Assembly: GCF_009914755.1 (NCBI RefSeq)
Contig: NC_060928.1
Source: the human T2T-CHM13v2.0 reference genome, Homo sapiens
DNA length: 64,000 nucleotides
Strand: one strand, 5' to 3'
The translations under genes were made by a program, and so were the position numbers. How positions within the stretch are numbered: the stretch's first letter is position 1; each line of letters begins with the position of its first letter. The notes under the pieces are model-generated. The model was not told where the DNA came from. It ran no database searches and saw nothing but the letters and a program-made list of their open reading frames with translations. Shown here in pieces: positions 34,724 through 59,256 of this stretch.

Positions 34724-35589
34724 AATCATTTTAATTGATTAAAATGATTTAATTATTTTTAAAATTAAAGACTGATATTAATCCTTTTCTTTGGTCTGAC
34801 AAAAGGCAATGGGAATTCCCCAAAAGCTAAATGAAACATCTTAGGCAGAGCAGAACACAATAGTCTTTTGAGAAGTCCCTAACTGCTGTTTAACCAATGT
34901 ACAACACACTGTCATACAATGCAAAGGATCAAAGAGTCTCTAACCAGATATATAGTATTATTTTATAAATAATTACATCCTCACCTACTCTATAAAAAGC
35001 TCTCATGCTAAAAGACAACTGATGTATGATGGAGGAAATATGTATTCACTATATGGATAATAATTTATGAAACAAGAATTCTAAATACTTTTATCATAAA
35101 AGTCCAGGAGAAAACAAAAATAATGCCATTTAGTTCAGAAACATTATAAAAGACATTACTTCCGCATAAAATAATTCACATATTATCATAAGCAAAAACC
35201 AGATTCAAAATAAGAGATAACAGCAGCCATACCAGTGAATTAAATGAAAACAGAAAGCATAAGAAAAATGATTAAATGTATAAATATGGAAGCTACTGAA
35301 AAATCAAGCAACCTACGAGACAAGTACATACAATGGTGCAAAAGACATAGATAGTCCTTACTATATCCGCTCAAAATGGGGGAAAAACACTAAGTACATT
35401 AGGAAACAAGGTGCTTGAAACATAATAGTTACATTTATTGGGTACTTAATATGCATGGAGGACAGTACTAAAAATTCTATAGAAGATTATCTGATCTAAC
35501 AACCACACTATGAGGTAGTTATGGCATGGCATAGTACAGGGGTTGGTTGAATTAAGTTTGTTTAGTATACATTTTTCTATTGCTCTTCT

Positions 35590-37313
<1,724 letters not shown>

Positions 37314-38007
37314 GCACAAAACTATTAACTAAACTACAGATCATATTCCGATTTCACCAGTTTTCATGCACACTTTTTTGACGTGTTAGTCCATGTAATG
37401 TTATCACTTGTAGAGATTCATGTAATCAACACCACCATGAAGATATATAAAATTCTTCCATCACCCCAATCTCCCTTGCACTATGCTTTATAGTAACACT
37501 CTCTCCCCAGCCCTAACCCTTAGCAACCACTTATTAAACCACATTTCTTAGCATCTAAAAAACTAAGTAACATATAAGTTACTACTTAAAAACTGAAAAA
37601 GACAGAAGGATTTTACACATTTCATTGCTTGAGAGAATTCACAAATTGGCCCCTTTCTTCAATTACAGTGGCCTGCAAAGAACAACATGTGAACGTCTCT
37701 CTGAAAATACACCCATTACATAAAACAGTTCACGTGCATTCAGTAAAAATCTTCATTTGGAGTTATCTCTATTTCCTGAATAACATCTTTAAGAGTTGGG
37801 CTAAAAAGCAAATATCTTAATTTAGATTCAAAATAGCTATGTTTAACATATATAAGTGACTGCCCTCAAAAATGCGGACAGACTTGCAAGACATTTCTTT
37901 TTGTACTATTTTCTAAGCCATTTCTTTTTACAGATTAATATAATTATATATTTAAGATAATTTCTTGGATCATTAGTTTCCTATTACTAAATGCCAAAAG
38001 TCCTTAC

Positions 38008-38050
38008 TTAAAATTGCAGACTTACCTAAAAGAAAAAGAGGAATAAAACA
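38008..38050 (-). promoter_or_regulatory. Candidate recursive splice site plus 18-nt RS/poison microexon in LIN54 intron 4
   Basis: Minus strand reads TGTTTTATTCCTCTTTTTCTTTTAG|GTAAGTCTGCAATTTTAA|GTAAGG. Confidence 0.5.
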
Positions 38051-38929
38051 TTCTTCTTTTGTCCTCACAAATGAATATTCTCTTTTACTTGGTGATTTTG
38101 ATACGTATTTGTAGATATGTAGATAAGAAAATACAGAGATATAGCTTAACCAATATCCAAAAACACTGAATTTGTATAAATACGTATTAATATAGTTTTT
38201 AAAAATTTGTGACAATGGTTATAGAGCTTATCATCATGGAAAAGCTATGATTACGTTACCCTGATCCCCAAATTGTAGGTTATTCAAATAAATAAACCTA
38301 GCAGGAAACAAATTTGCAAGCTTTAAAATACTTTCAAGCTAAAAGAGACAAATGATAAAGTAAGAAAAGATAAATATTAAATGTATTACATGACCAATGA
38401 CAGTGAATCTTAAGATGCACGAGAACATTCAGCACTGATGTATTGACTGGTGAAATATTACAAAAGAGGTATAAGCCATTCATTTGCTATTTTTCCATGG
38501 ATATTAATCCAACTTATGTTTTATTCATAGCTATGAGTTATAGCGACATGGATGAGTAATTTATATGTGGTGTATTAGTATCCATGGTAGCAGCCACAGA
38601 AGGAGTCCAATGATGATATGAAGCAAAATTAGACAAACTATAAGGTATCAGGACCAGAAACCAGCCCTACTAAGGATTAAAACATATTTATCAAGACAGG
38701 GAAAATAAAATAGTATGGGATTAGCCTAGGAACAGAGTGCTAAAGATCAAAGGAATACATTTTTAAAAATCCATATATAAAAAAGTTTATAAAAGTGGGC
38801 ATCTCAAATCAATGGAGAATGATAATAATGTGGATTAGCTACATGATCTGAAGAAAAAAGCTGATCCCTATACCTCATTCCTTTTAACAAATTACAAATG
38901 GATTTAAGATTTAACCTAAAAAGTAAAAC

Positions 38930-40650
38930 CACAGCTGGTATTAAAATATATAGACTAATAGAACAGAATAGAGAGCCCTAAGGAAAAAAAAATCCCATTT
39001 ATGATCAAACGATTTTCAACAAGGGTGCTGAGATAGTTCAACAGGGAAAATACATACTTTTCAACAAATGGTGCTGGGAAAACTGAATATCCGTGTGCAA
39101 AACAGTGAAGTTGGACCCTCACCTACCTAACAAATTACACACAAATGAACTCAAAAGAGATCCATGACCAAAATGTAAAAGCTAAAACTAAAAAAAACTC
39201 TTAGAAGAAAACAGGGCAAAGCTTCACAACACTGGGTCTGGCAATGATTTCTTGGATACAACACCAAAGGTGCAGACAATCAAAGAAAAATAGAGAAATG
39301 GATATCATAAAAATTTTTAAATTTTGTGCATCAGAAAACACTATCAACAGAGTAAAAAGGCAACCCATAGAATGGGAGAGAACATTAGCAAATCGTATAT
39401 TGATAAGTGATTAACATTTAGAATATACAGAGAACTCCTAAACGTAATAACAAAAATAAGCAATCCAATTTTAAAATGAGCAAAGAACTTGGATAGAATT
39501 TTCTCCAAATAAGATATAGAAATGGCCAATAAGCACATAAAATGGTGCTCAGCATTACTAATTATTAGGGAAATACAAGTCAAAACTACAATAAGATACT
39601 ACCTCACATCCATAAGGATGGCTACTGTCAAAAACAACTGTTGGTAAGGATGTAGAGAAACTGGAATCTTTATGCACTGTTGATGAGAATATAAAATAGT
39701 ACACTGTGGAAACAGTATGACAGGTCCTCAAAAAAGTAAGAACAGAATTACCATATGATCCAGCAATTCTACTTTTGGGTACATACTGTATTCAAAAGAA
39801 TTAAAAGTAGGGTCTTGAAGAGATATTTGTAAACTCACGTTCATAGCAGCACTATTCACAATAGCCAAAAGGTGGAAACAACTCAAGTGTCCACAGACAG
39901 ATGAATGCCTAATCAAAATACAGTGCATATATATCCAATGGAATATTATTCAGCCCTAAAAAGGAAGGGTATTCTGATGTATATGCTATAACACCAATGG
40001 ACCTTCAGGACCTTATGCTAAGTAAAATATGCCCATCACAAAAAGACAAATATTGTATGTTTACACTTATATGAAGTATTATAGTCAAAATTATGGAGAC
40101 ATTAGTAGAATAGTGACTTCCAGGGACTAAGGAGAGAAAAGATGAAGGGTTATTTTTAATTTCTTTAGAGACAAGATGTCGCTTTGTGGCCCAGCCTGGA
40201 CAGCAGTGGTGCAATAGCTTAGGCACTCGCGAGGCAGCGATTGCTGCCTCAACTTTCTGGGCTCAAGGGATCCTCCCATCTCAGCCTCCTGTAGGTGGGC
40301 CTACAGGCATGCATCACTACGCCCAGCTAATTTTTTAATTTTTATAGAGATGGGGGTCTCACCATGTTGCCCAGGCTGATCTTGAACTCGTGGGCTCAAG
40401 CAACCCTCCCACCTCAGCTTCCCAAAGTGCTGGGGATTACAGGCTTGTGCCAGCATGCAAGACTGGAACGGGGAGTGACTGTTTAAAGGATATAGAAATT
40501 CAGTTTCACAAGAAGAAAACAGTTCTGGAGATGGATGGTTGTGATACTTACAGAACAATATGAATGTACTTAATATCACTGAACTGTATAATTTAAAAAG
40601 ATGGTACATCCTATATTACGTATATTTTGCCACAATTTTAAAAAATTGAA
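38930..40650 (+). mobile_element. L1MB-like ORF2 end and 3' UTR with nested Alu (40155-40455 -)
   Basis: ttcaacaaatggtgctgggaaaactg, ccatatgatccagcaattc, old 3' UTR motifs. Confidence 0.85.
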
Positions 40651-40655
40651 AAAAT

Positions 40656-41128
40656 AGCTGGGTACAGTGACTCACACCTGTAATCACAGCTACTTGGGAG
40701 GCTGAGATGGGAGGATCATTTAAGGCCAGGTGTTTAAGACCAGCCTGGGCAACATAGCAAGACTCTGTCTTTAAAAAAATAAAAATAAAGAAAAATAGAT
40801 ATCCACTTTGCAAGCTAAGTTATGAAAATCAGTCAGTATCGCCCTGGCATGCAATGGCTCACATCTGTAATCCCAGCAATGTGAGAGGCCGAGGTGAGCA
40901 GATCACTTGAGCCAGGCAGTTCAAGACCAGCATGGGCAACATGGCAAAACCCCATCTCTACAAAAACTGAAAAAATTATGCAGGCATGGTGGCATGTGCC
41001 TACAGTCCTAGCCCTGAGGTGGGAGGATTGTCTCAGCCTGGGAGGTGAAGGCTGCAGTGAGCCACGATCGCACCACTGCACTCCAGCCTGGGTGACAGAG
41101 CAAGACCCCGTCTCAAAAACAAAAAAAA
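40656..41128 (+). mobile_element. Alu monomer (40656-40793) and AluJ-like (40840-41128)
   Basis: Alu consensus. Confidence 0.85.
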
Positions 41129-41573
41129 TCAGGATCAAAATGATATAGAATCAAATACCAATTTAACCATTTCATAAAGTTAAAAAAAACTATCTGTTCC
41201 TGTACTTAATTTGTACTAAAGGAATGTTACATGTAAAAAAATAACATAAAACTAAATGATTTTCAAAATAGATAAATATTGGAGTAAGGAAGACTTATCC
41301 AAGTGTGACTCAAAAACTAAAAATTCACACATGAAGAGACTAAATTTTGACTTATTTAATGTGAAATTTCTGCAAGGAAAAACATTATATAGAACAAACC
41401 ACAGAGAAAAATATTTGTAACCACATTAATAATAAAGAAATAAGTTCCTTAATGTACCACAGACATTTTTAAGACCACAAGGGAAAAAAGACAATGCAAT
41501 AGGCATGGAGTTCACAGAAAATAAGTCCAGAAGACAGATATGAATAATTTTTAAAAATACAAATTTATATGAG

Positions 41574-41575
<2 letters not shown>

Positions 41576-41619
<44 letters not shown>

Positions 41620-41816
41620 AGACGGAGTCTCACTGGGTCTTCCAGGCTGGAGTTCAGTGGTGTGATCTTGGCTCACTGCAACCTCTGCCTCCCCAGTTCA
41701 GGTGACTCTCCCACTTCAGCCTGCCAAGTAGTAGGAAGTACAGGTGCGTACCACCATGCCCGGCTAATTTTTGTATTTTTAACAGAGACGGGGTTTCACC
41801 ATGTTGGCCAGGCTGG
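41576..41816 (-). mobile_element. 5'-truncated Alu with (TTTA)n tail
   Basis: Read directly from the sequence. Confidence 0.88.
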
Positions 41817-41879
41817 TATATGACATTTTTTAATCAGTTAAATTGGCAAAGACTGAAAATGACTAATTAACAGGAGAAC

Positions 41880-42270
41880 ATAAAAACAGACCACACCCAA
41901 CACAATCAACTGACCTCTAACAAAGCACCAGAAGCAATTTAATGAAGAATGGATAGTCTTTTTCAACAAATGGTGCTGGTATAACAGAAGGTCCACATGC
42001 AAAAAAAGGAATCTAGACACAGACCTTACACCTTTCACATAGGGCTCACAGACCTAAACATAAAGTGCAAAACTATACAACTCCTAGAAGATAACATTTG
42101 GTAACCTTGAGTTTAGCTCTATCTTTTTAGATACACTACCAAAAGGACAATCCATGAAAGAAAAAACTGGTAAGTTAAACTTCATTAAAGTTAAAAACTG
42201 CTCTGCAAAAACCACTGTTAATATGATTCAAGAACATGATTTTTTAAAAATACACTGTTAAAAGAATGAA
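41880..42270 (+). mobile_element. L1M ORF2 fragment
   Basis: gatagtctttttcaacaaatggtgctgg..., aacttcattaaagttaaaaac. Confidence 0.75.
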
Positions 42271-42272
42271 CA

Positions 42273-42758
<486 letters not shown>

Positions 42759-42828
42759 TCAAACGTAGTGAAAAAAATATGATGACTGGGGAAATGTGAA
42801 CACTAACTAGGTATTTAATAACATTAAA

Positions 42829-44118
<1,290 letters not shown>

Positions 44119-44599
44119 ATTTCTACTTCTTTATCCTGGCTAATGGGTACTGGTATAAAGATCTATATATAAGATAAAAATTTGGGTAACACAATCAATA
44201 GAACCTATGACTTGTAGTCACCTCAATTCCACAACACTTACTAATCTTACAATAATTGGTCAATATATTGGGAAAATGGATCCCATCCTTTTCAAATTGT
44301 ATTCATTACCACCACAATTCAATTATGTAAGAGCTTCACAGATAAAAGCAAAAGCAATCAACTTCTGAAACCATTTCCCCAAGTCTGTTCTCATTTTCAA
44401 CTTGGCAATACTGTCACTGGTCACATCACTTCCTGCCGGGATATTTGCAAAACACACTGAAAGTAAGCTTTATGATTCCAGTCTCTACCTGCCCACCACA
44501 CAATTTCTGACAGACATTGATTCATAAAGCTTGAATCCACCACACAGACATTGCCTAACTAATATTTTGCAAACTTTACTTTCATGTTTTTATTAAATC

Positions 44600-45310
44600 T
44601 CTTGTCTCAGAAACATCCCAAGAGTCTCCATTTAATGACAAAATTAAGCCTAAATTTTCTTCGTTTTGAAGATTAGCCCTAATCTGACCCTATGTTTATT
44701 TTCTCTCCATTCCCTCCAAAGCATTTCCAATATTTCCGATTCATATTTCCAATCAGAGTAGTGATCTTCCTGTCCCATGTGTACTTATCTGTTTCAGCTC
44801 CAGTCCTTCACTCTTGTGGCTGACATCCATTCTAAACCATACCCATAGAAAACCTTAGCTTAGGATGCCCTCTCTAACCATCCCAACTGTAGTTGAATCC
44901 CCTTAGGTAGGATCTCATGACATAATTTATCTTTCTTTTCTTGGTTTTGTAAGTTTATATGTTTGTGTAATTATTTGATTCATTTGTCATACTCCCTTCC
45001 CCCACCCCTATAAACTTTAGGGTCTGTGTATCTATTTTTGCTCTCTACTGATTCCCCAAAAAGAGCACAGAAAATGCCCCTACCACATAGTAAGCACTCA
45101 GTAAATACTTGTTGTATGGTTAAAGAAGGAATACCAGGACTTCTTTCTTCCTCTTTCCTCTGCACTTTTATATCACCTAGTCTATACTACACAACTTAGC
45201 ACCTATCTCATCACTCACTGTTTTACTTGCATTCTATTTTGTCTGCTGAACCATTGCAAGCTGTTCAACGTAAGCACAGGGCACACAGAGACCTCAATAA
45301 ATACTTGATA
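44600..45310 (+). mobile_element. L2 3' fragments
   Basis: cacatagtaagcactcagtaaatacttgttg and ctcaataaatacttg L2 tails. Confidence 0.6.
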
Positions 45311-45449
45311 GCCACTGATAATTACGAAATGGAAGAGTGTCTCTTTGTAACAAGAAGCCTTCATCATTGTTCAGACTCCCAGTTCACTGTACAACTAATG
45401 ACAATTTACCTGTGTTTACGTAGCATTATTATGTATATATACAGATGAT

Positions 45450-45720
45450 TATTCTACAGACTGCTTGCTGCTAACCAAAATCCATATTCTCTTCTGCTTC
45501 CTAGGGTTACAGCCAGATTATATTTCTTAGTCTCCCTTACAGTAAGGAGGGCCATGCAACTGAGTTTTAGCTAGTGAAATGAATGGATGCAATATGCATA
45601 CTTCCAGGTCTGGTTCATAAAAGCTTCCTGTTTGTTCCTTTTCCATGTCTTTTCCCCTTCCAGCTCACTGGAATGGCAATAACCATCAGGGAGACTGGAA
45701 ATATCACTTATCCAACTGTA
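45450..45720. mobile_element. MLT1-like (ERVL-MaLR) LTR fragment
   Basis: tatttcttagtctccctt...ggccatgcaactgagtttt...tgaaatg MLT1 motif. Confidence 0.6.
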
Positions 45721-45855
45721 ATTTCCAGCCTATTGTCACTTCTGGCCTATTGTAAATATTTGCGTTTAAAAATAAAACTGCTACGTTACTTTTTAAAGTG
45801 CAGTCAACAGAATCAAATCAACATAAGTGATTTGATGCCCACTATTATTTACTAG

Positions 45856-49432
<3,577 letters not shown>

Positions 49433-49649
49433 TTAACCCTCATTTATTTGACCCAATCCCACAGAACCAAAGCAGACCTTTATATTCCCTTGAATTTCAG
49501 CTCTAAAAGTTCAACTTTTTCTAATCAGTTTTGGTATGAATCACTGACCTGGATTCACTCTTTGCACTAAGTTACCTACTTTTAATAGAATATGGTTTCT
49601 CTACTGCAGTGGTATAAACTTAAAAAAATTTATTTTTAAACTTAAAATC

Positions 49650-51850
<2,201 letters not shown>

Positions 51851-51952
51851 TAAGGATGAGCTTGCTGTTAAGTGAATGAAAAAAAATTTAACCCAGGTGA
51901 TTAAAAAGCTTTATTGCTCAAAAAAAAAGAAAAAAAAGAAAAAAATTTAAAA

Positions 51953-52324
<372 letters not shown>

Positions 52325-53772
52325 CTAAGAGTCTAAGAATAAGATTACAAAAGTCACATTAAAGTAAAAGATAACAGCATTGCTAAAATCTAATCAAGAA
52401 TAAAGTAAAACAAGCAGAATCACATTTTTATTAGTTTAATGCTTAGTTGCATATCTAATAAATATTGAAGAAAACCGAGGATTACTTTAGAAAATAAATA
52501 TAATAGAATAAATCTGTCCTGTAATAAGAGACAATTACAATATAAAGTAAATTGAGAAAACACTAGCCATGCTTGATTTCCCAACAACAAACCTAGTAAC
52601 ATTAGATTCAAAGCTGGAGGAGGGAGTGAAAACAGTCTGAAATTGTAATGAGAATAATCATGGGAAACACCTAGGCTTCCAGGCCTGGAGGCATAAGAGC
52701 TGAAGGAGAAAAAGAGCTATCACTTAATAGGTCTGCAGGTGAAGCAGGGTCCTCAGGGAGACCCAGGTATCCATTACAGCAAGGAGATAAAAGGAACATT
52801 CAATGAAAAGGTTGTGAATTTAGGGAATTATTATTTTGATTATGAACTCCAGAAAAGGCACAGTGGAAGGACTTCAAGAGAGGCATGGCTGGAAAAGGGG
52901 TCAGAAGATAGCAAGAGCTTTAAGGAGATTAGATGCGGGAGATGAAAGATGATCTCAGTCGGGGTGGTTGAGGCTACCCAGTATCAACAAAGATAAATAA
53001 TGAGAGGAGTCTCAGCAGACTCAAGGCAGATAGCAGTGAGACTGTTGAGTGCTGGTGGGTAGGGAAGGGTGAGTGCTTCAGCTTTCCTTTTGGCCTCTAT
53101 CAATAGAAACAAGGAGATCTTCAGCAAATCCTCACTTTTTAGTCATTTTCGTAATTGACTTTTCTATGACATTTGAAATTGTGGCCTAGTATCCTTTTTG
53201 AAATTATCTTCCCTTCACATTTTGTTTAGTTTCTACTAATAACCCCCTTATCATTTACTCTCTCCCACTGGCTCCTTTTCTTCTACTAACACTTAGTATT
53301 TTATGGTTCAGTCCTGCTTTTCTTTTCGCTCTACATACAATCTGATGCTCCTTGGGTGATTTCATCTATATCCATAGTTTCAGTGACTGCCTACATTCAG
53401 TTTCACAATGGACATCCTCGTCTAGATAATCTGTGGGTACTTCAATGACAAAAATGTCCAAAAACTAAACATCTCTCTGCCCAAGCCTATAGTACTGCTA
53501 TATTCTAGTATGAGATAGGATGGGATATTTTCTGCTATCTCAGAATCTGGCTGAAGTGAGGCCCCAAAGCTAAACAAAAAATGACAAACTCCTGCACACT
53601 CTAAAAAGGACATCCATGCCAGACTTACTAAACGATGGTATCCCTATCATCTACCTCCTATTAAAAAAAAAAAAAAGACAGAAATAGAAGAGAATTTGCA
53701 AACATGGAGAATGCCAGGGCTTTACATCTCAGTGAGGGGGGAAAAAAAACCAACAAAAAAAAACACCTCTGA

Positions 53773-55494
<1,722 letters not shown>

Positions 55495-55809
55495 TAGTTA
55501 AGTATAAAATCTTGCCAAGAGTCAAGAAAGGAAGATCCAATATGGCAGGGCTAAAGTCAAGGATGGGAAAAAAATAAAGCCAGTTCCTATTCGTATGTCA
55601 TCAGGTATAAACCATATACCAGTCAAATTAGTCCATAGGGCTACCATCTACCCCGTTATCTAAGTCAGAAATACAGGAGTCATCCTAGATTCTCCCCCTA
55701 AGATACTGAACCTCTTTCAACACATCTCTCTTCCTCTTTAGCCCCTGAGCTACTAGTGTAGTTCAAACATGAAGTACTGCAATAATCTCTTAGTGATTCT
55801 CTACCCTGG

Positions 55810-56230
55810 CCTACACTTTTAAAAGATTAAATTTAACACACAGGCCGCAGCCTAGAGATTCTGATTTAAATGGGGTCAGGTAGGGGCCTGCCATTAGTTT
55901 TTTCAAGAGGTCCCCAGTACTAACTGCAGCCAAGGTTGAGAATCACTAACCTAACTGGTCTCTCCCACAATACAGGCTCACCTTCCCCCAAACTATCTCT
56001 CATAATGCCACAAGATTCGTATTTTTAAAAATGCAAATTTCATATTATTTATAGCAGTGGTTCCCAATCTAGGCTACCCACTAGAATCACTTAAAGAGCT
56101 TTGTAAAATCCTGATACCAGGTCAAGTCTGGAGAGATGAAAACAGAATCTCTGGGGATGAGAACTAGGCGTCGGTATTTATTAAAACTCTCCAGGTGATC
56201 CCAATAAGCAGATAAGGGCGAGAATCACTG
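55810..56230. mobile_element. Two MER5-like hAT-Charlie MITEs (55810-55950, 56055-56230)
   Basis: CAGTGGTTCCCAA...GAGAATCACTG termini; ccaggtgatccc and gcagccaaggttgagaatcact. Confidence 0.7.
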
Positions 56231-57535
56231 TCCTAGAAGCAATGAGAAGCCACAGAAGTCCAAACTCCCCTGAAGATAAAGAAACCGTCCATCTAACCTT
56301 AGCACCCTCGGCTCTCACACTGCAAAAATCAGTGAGGCTTCCTGAAAGACCACACTTTTACACCTTTATGTAAAGTATCACCTCAATCCAGAAATCCCCT
56401 TCTGCTCATCTGGAGCTAAGTCCAACCCACGTTTAAGGTTAAGACCTTTCAAGAATAAGCTCCTTTGTATAAACCTTCCCTGCCAAACACACAGCAGTCA
56501 TTAATCCATCTATGACCATTGTAATTCTGTAGGACAATTTTTAATGTTTCAGTCTAACTACCTTATTGAATTCCTTGAAATGAAATACCTTATCTTATTC
56601 ATGTTTTATCCTCAGTGCCTATCACTATGCATGGCACAGTTACCCTCAAATTTCTGCCAAATTCATTCAATTTAGGGAAAAAGTTATGCAGGTAGAATTT
56701 GACCTTAATAAACTGTATGAGATAACATATTTGTACATTATAGTCAAGGCTCATTAAAGAAACCAACACCTGGACTTTAAAAAATGTAAGGCAAATGTTT
56801 AACGTTTGTTCTATTTATGAACAGTAACAAATCAAAGAAAGCAGGTGCAAAGGGCAGTATTGTTTCCAGAGTCACAAGCGTGAAACCTAACAAAATAATA
56901 ATGCTTGGCTTTCTATCTGAATAATATGTCCTTTAAAACATATCTTTTTCAAAATGTTATGCTGGTATAATAACAACTGTATGTTTTAGGAAAGTGAGTT
57001 AGATGACTTATTTTGCCTCACAATAAAATAAGAAAGCATTTGAATGCTTCCAATAAAATGTATTCAAGCTTAAACAACACTGATAATATGGCTACCAGCA
57101 TCTGATGGCAATTTCTACTACTCTGGGTCCTGTTACCAAGCAAAAGTTCAGATCTCCATTTTTTTAAAGTTACATTTAATATTTTATATCATAAGTCTAT
57201 ATGTACCTTCCACAAATACAATAATTTTGCTAAAATATTAACTAAAGAAGAACTAAACACCTACATTATTGAATTTATTCAAGATTTTGTTGTACCCACA
57301 TTCATATGGGCTATGGAAATCATATTCACATGCAAAATGATTACTATGTTACTATGTGTTTAAAGTAAGCTTTTTAATCTGTCAGACATCCTTGATTACT
57401 AAATTAATCCAGTATTCATTGAATGTCTATTACTTGCTTGGGAATGTACTAAAATTGAAGTATCTGAAGTGACTAGTAAGAAAATAAAGGCATCAACCAC
57501 AATATTTGGTATTTGTGGCTAATTTATTTTTTTAC

Positions 57536-57678
57536 CTTATTTGGCGATTTCAAAGGTGAGATGGCTATTTTATTTGGTGTCTGTGTTGTAGAATTTAAAG
57601 TTGATCCAATAACACCACTTTCAGATATTGTTATGGTCTTTGATGGAGTTCCGGGAGTAGACTGTGAAAGAACCCTAC
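57536..57678 (-). CDS. LIN54: LIN54 exon 4 (143 nt; (G)[13 protein letters not shown]...ISPLKSPNK)
   Basis: tttgcAG|GT acceptor, AAG|GTAAA donor. S/T-P-x-K CDK motifs; joins the next exon in frame. Confidence 0.95.
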
Positions 57679-58269
57679 CTGCAAATGAGAGGCAGCACAT
57701 CAGTTTGACTTTTTTCAATAATAGTATAAAAATTTATGTGATGATGCTCTACACTCACAAGGACTGCAGAATGTATGTTTGTTATTTCATGTCAACACTT
57801 AATGAGGCACTAATGAACTATGGTAAACCTAGGCAGAACTAAACAAAACACTACTTCTTAGTAATACTTAATATCAGCTTACATTAAACTCTACAAAAAC
57901 AGTTTAGTTCATGTGTTCATCAATACTGTTGTTATATCCATCAGAGAGAAAGCTCAGGGCAACTAAGTAATGTGCCCTGTGTAACACAGCTCCTGAAAGT
58001 CAGAACATGAACCCAAGTCTTAAAACTTCAATCTCTGTATTCTACTATCTATAGCTGTCTTCCCATATGAACTTAAACCATGAAGGTACAATTGAAATCC
58101 ACACTTATAAAACAGATAGTTATTGGACTAACTTAAACACTGAAAGGTTTAATACTACCTTAGACTGCCAAAGGGGATAAAAAAATGTTTTTTCTACCCA
58201 CCCCGGCCAGATTCCATATTGTGTTCCCTTCTGGACAAGACCCTTCAGGAACAACCATGAAAAACTCTA

Positions 58270-59100
58270 GTGTCTGGATGCTTGGGGAACTGAAAACCAT
58301 ATTACATTGAGTTGAAATATCAGGAATTTTTATCCTAGGTAAGAAAAGACTACAAAGACATAACAGATCTTCAAATTCTTGAAGACTGTGTGATAGCCAT
58401 TATTCCCATTCACCAAGTATTCTAGCTTTCTTCCATTCTGGACACATGGTAGAACTACACTTGCACTTCCTACCACTCCCACCCCATCTTGTAGTTAAGT
58501 TAGAGTCATGTCACTACTCCTGGCAGACGAGTTATGAGTAGAAGTGACGTGTGTCATTCTTGGGCCACAGCATTTATTACTGCCTATGCAAGACCTTCCA
58601 AAGTTTATTTTCCTCTGCCATCTGAGATGGCGGCTCCTTGGTTAGCCTGTGTCCCTGAGTTGCTATGAAGAGAAGATACCTTTTTGAACCCACAATGGTC
58701 ATATAGATAATCAATTTTTAAATTTTTTTTAAATTGAATTTAAAAAAAAAAAACAGGTTTTTTACCCTTCTGAGGTTTGGAGATTATTTTGGCAGAAAAA
58801 CCAAGATTATCCTAACTGATCCAGGCTGTCAGGTTAAAGGATTAGAACCAATCTGTATCACATCAAATGCAGAGAAACAGAAAATATTTCAGCTCAGCAC
58901 TAAGAAAGAACTTCTAACAAAAATTTCCAACTGAAATGACTATTTCAACACAAGTGAGTTTCTAGTCACTAAAGTTGTCCCAGGCAGATGCTGGATAATC
59001 AAATATACCGGCTAAAGAGGAAAGTCAAGCATCTAAGAAGTAGAGAAGATTGATAACTAAATTATCTCTAGAATCTGCTCTAACCTTTAGATACTATGAT
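58270..59100 (+). mobile_element. L3/CR1 3' fragment interrupted by an MLT1-like LTR (~58388-58820)
   Basis: ttcagctcagcactaagaaagaacttctaaca, gtgagtttctagtcact and tctaacc..tatgatt CR1 end; MaLR motifs inside. Confidence 0.55.
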
Positions 59101-59256
59101 TAAACTCATAGATCCAGCTAGAGATGAAGGAGAGAGCATGACAGTGAGGAGAAAGGGAAAGAGAGAAAGAAGGGACTTTCACTTTAGACAAAAATAAAGA
59201 ACTAATGCTTAGCAGCTTCTGGGCCATTTTTCCTGACAACAATGCCAAAGTATGCC

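Noticed and set aside
44420-44445. ETS-like motif ACTTCCTG as an intronic enhancer
   Set aside because: A lone 8-mer is expected by chance, and there is no CpG island or promoter anywhere in the window.
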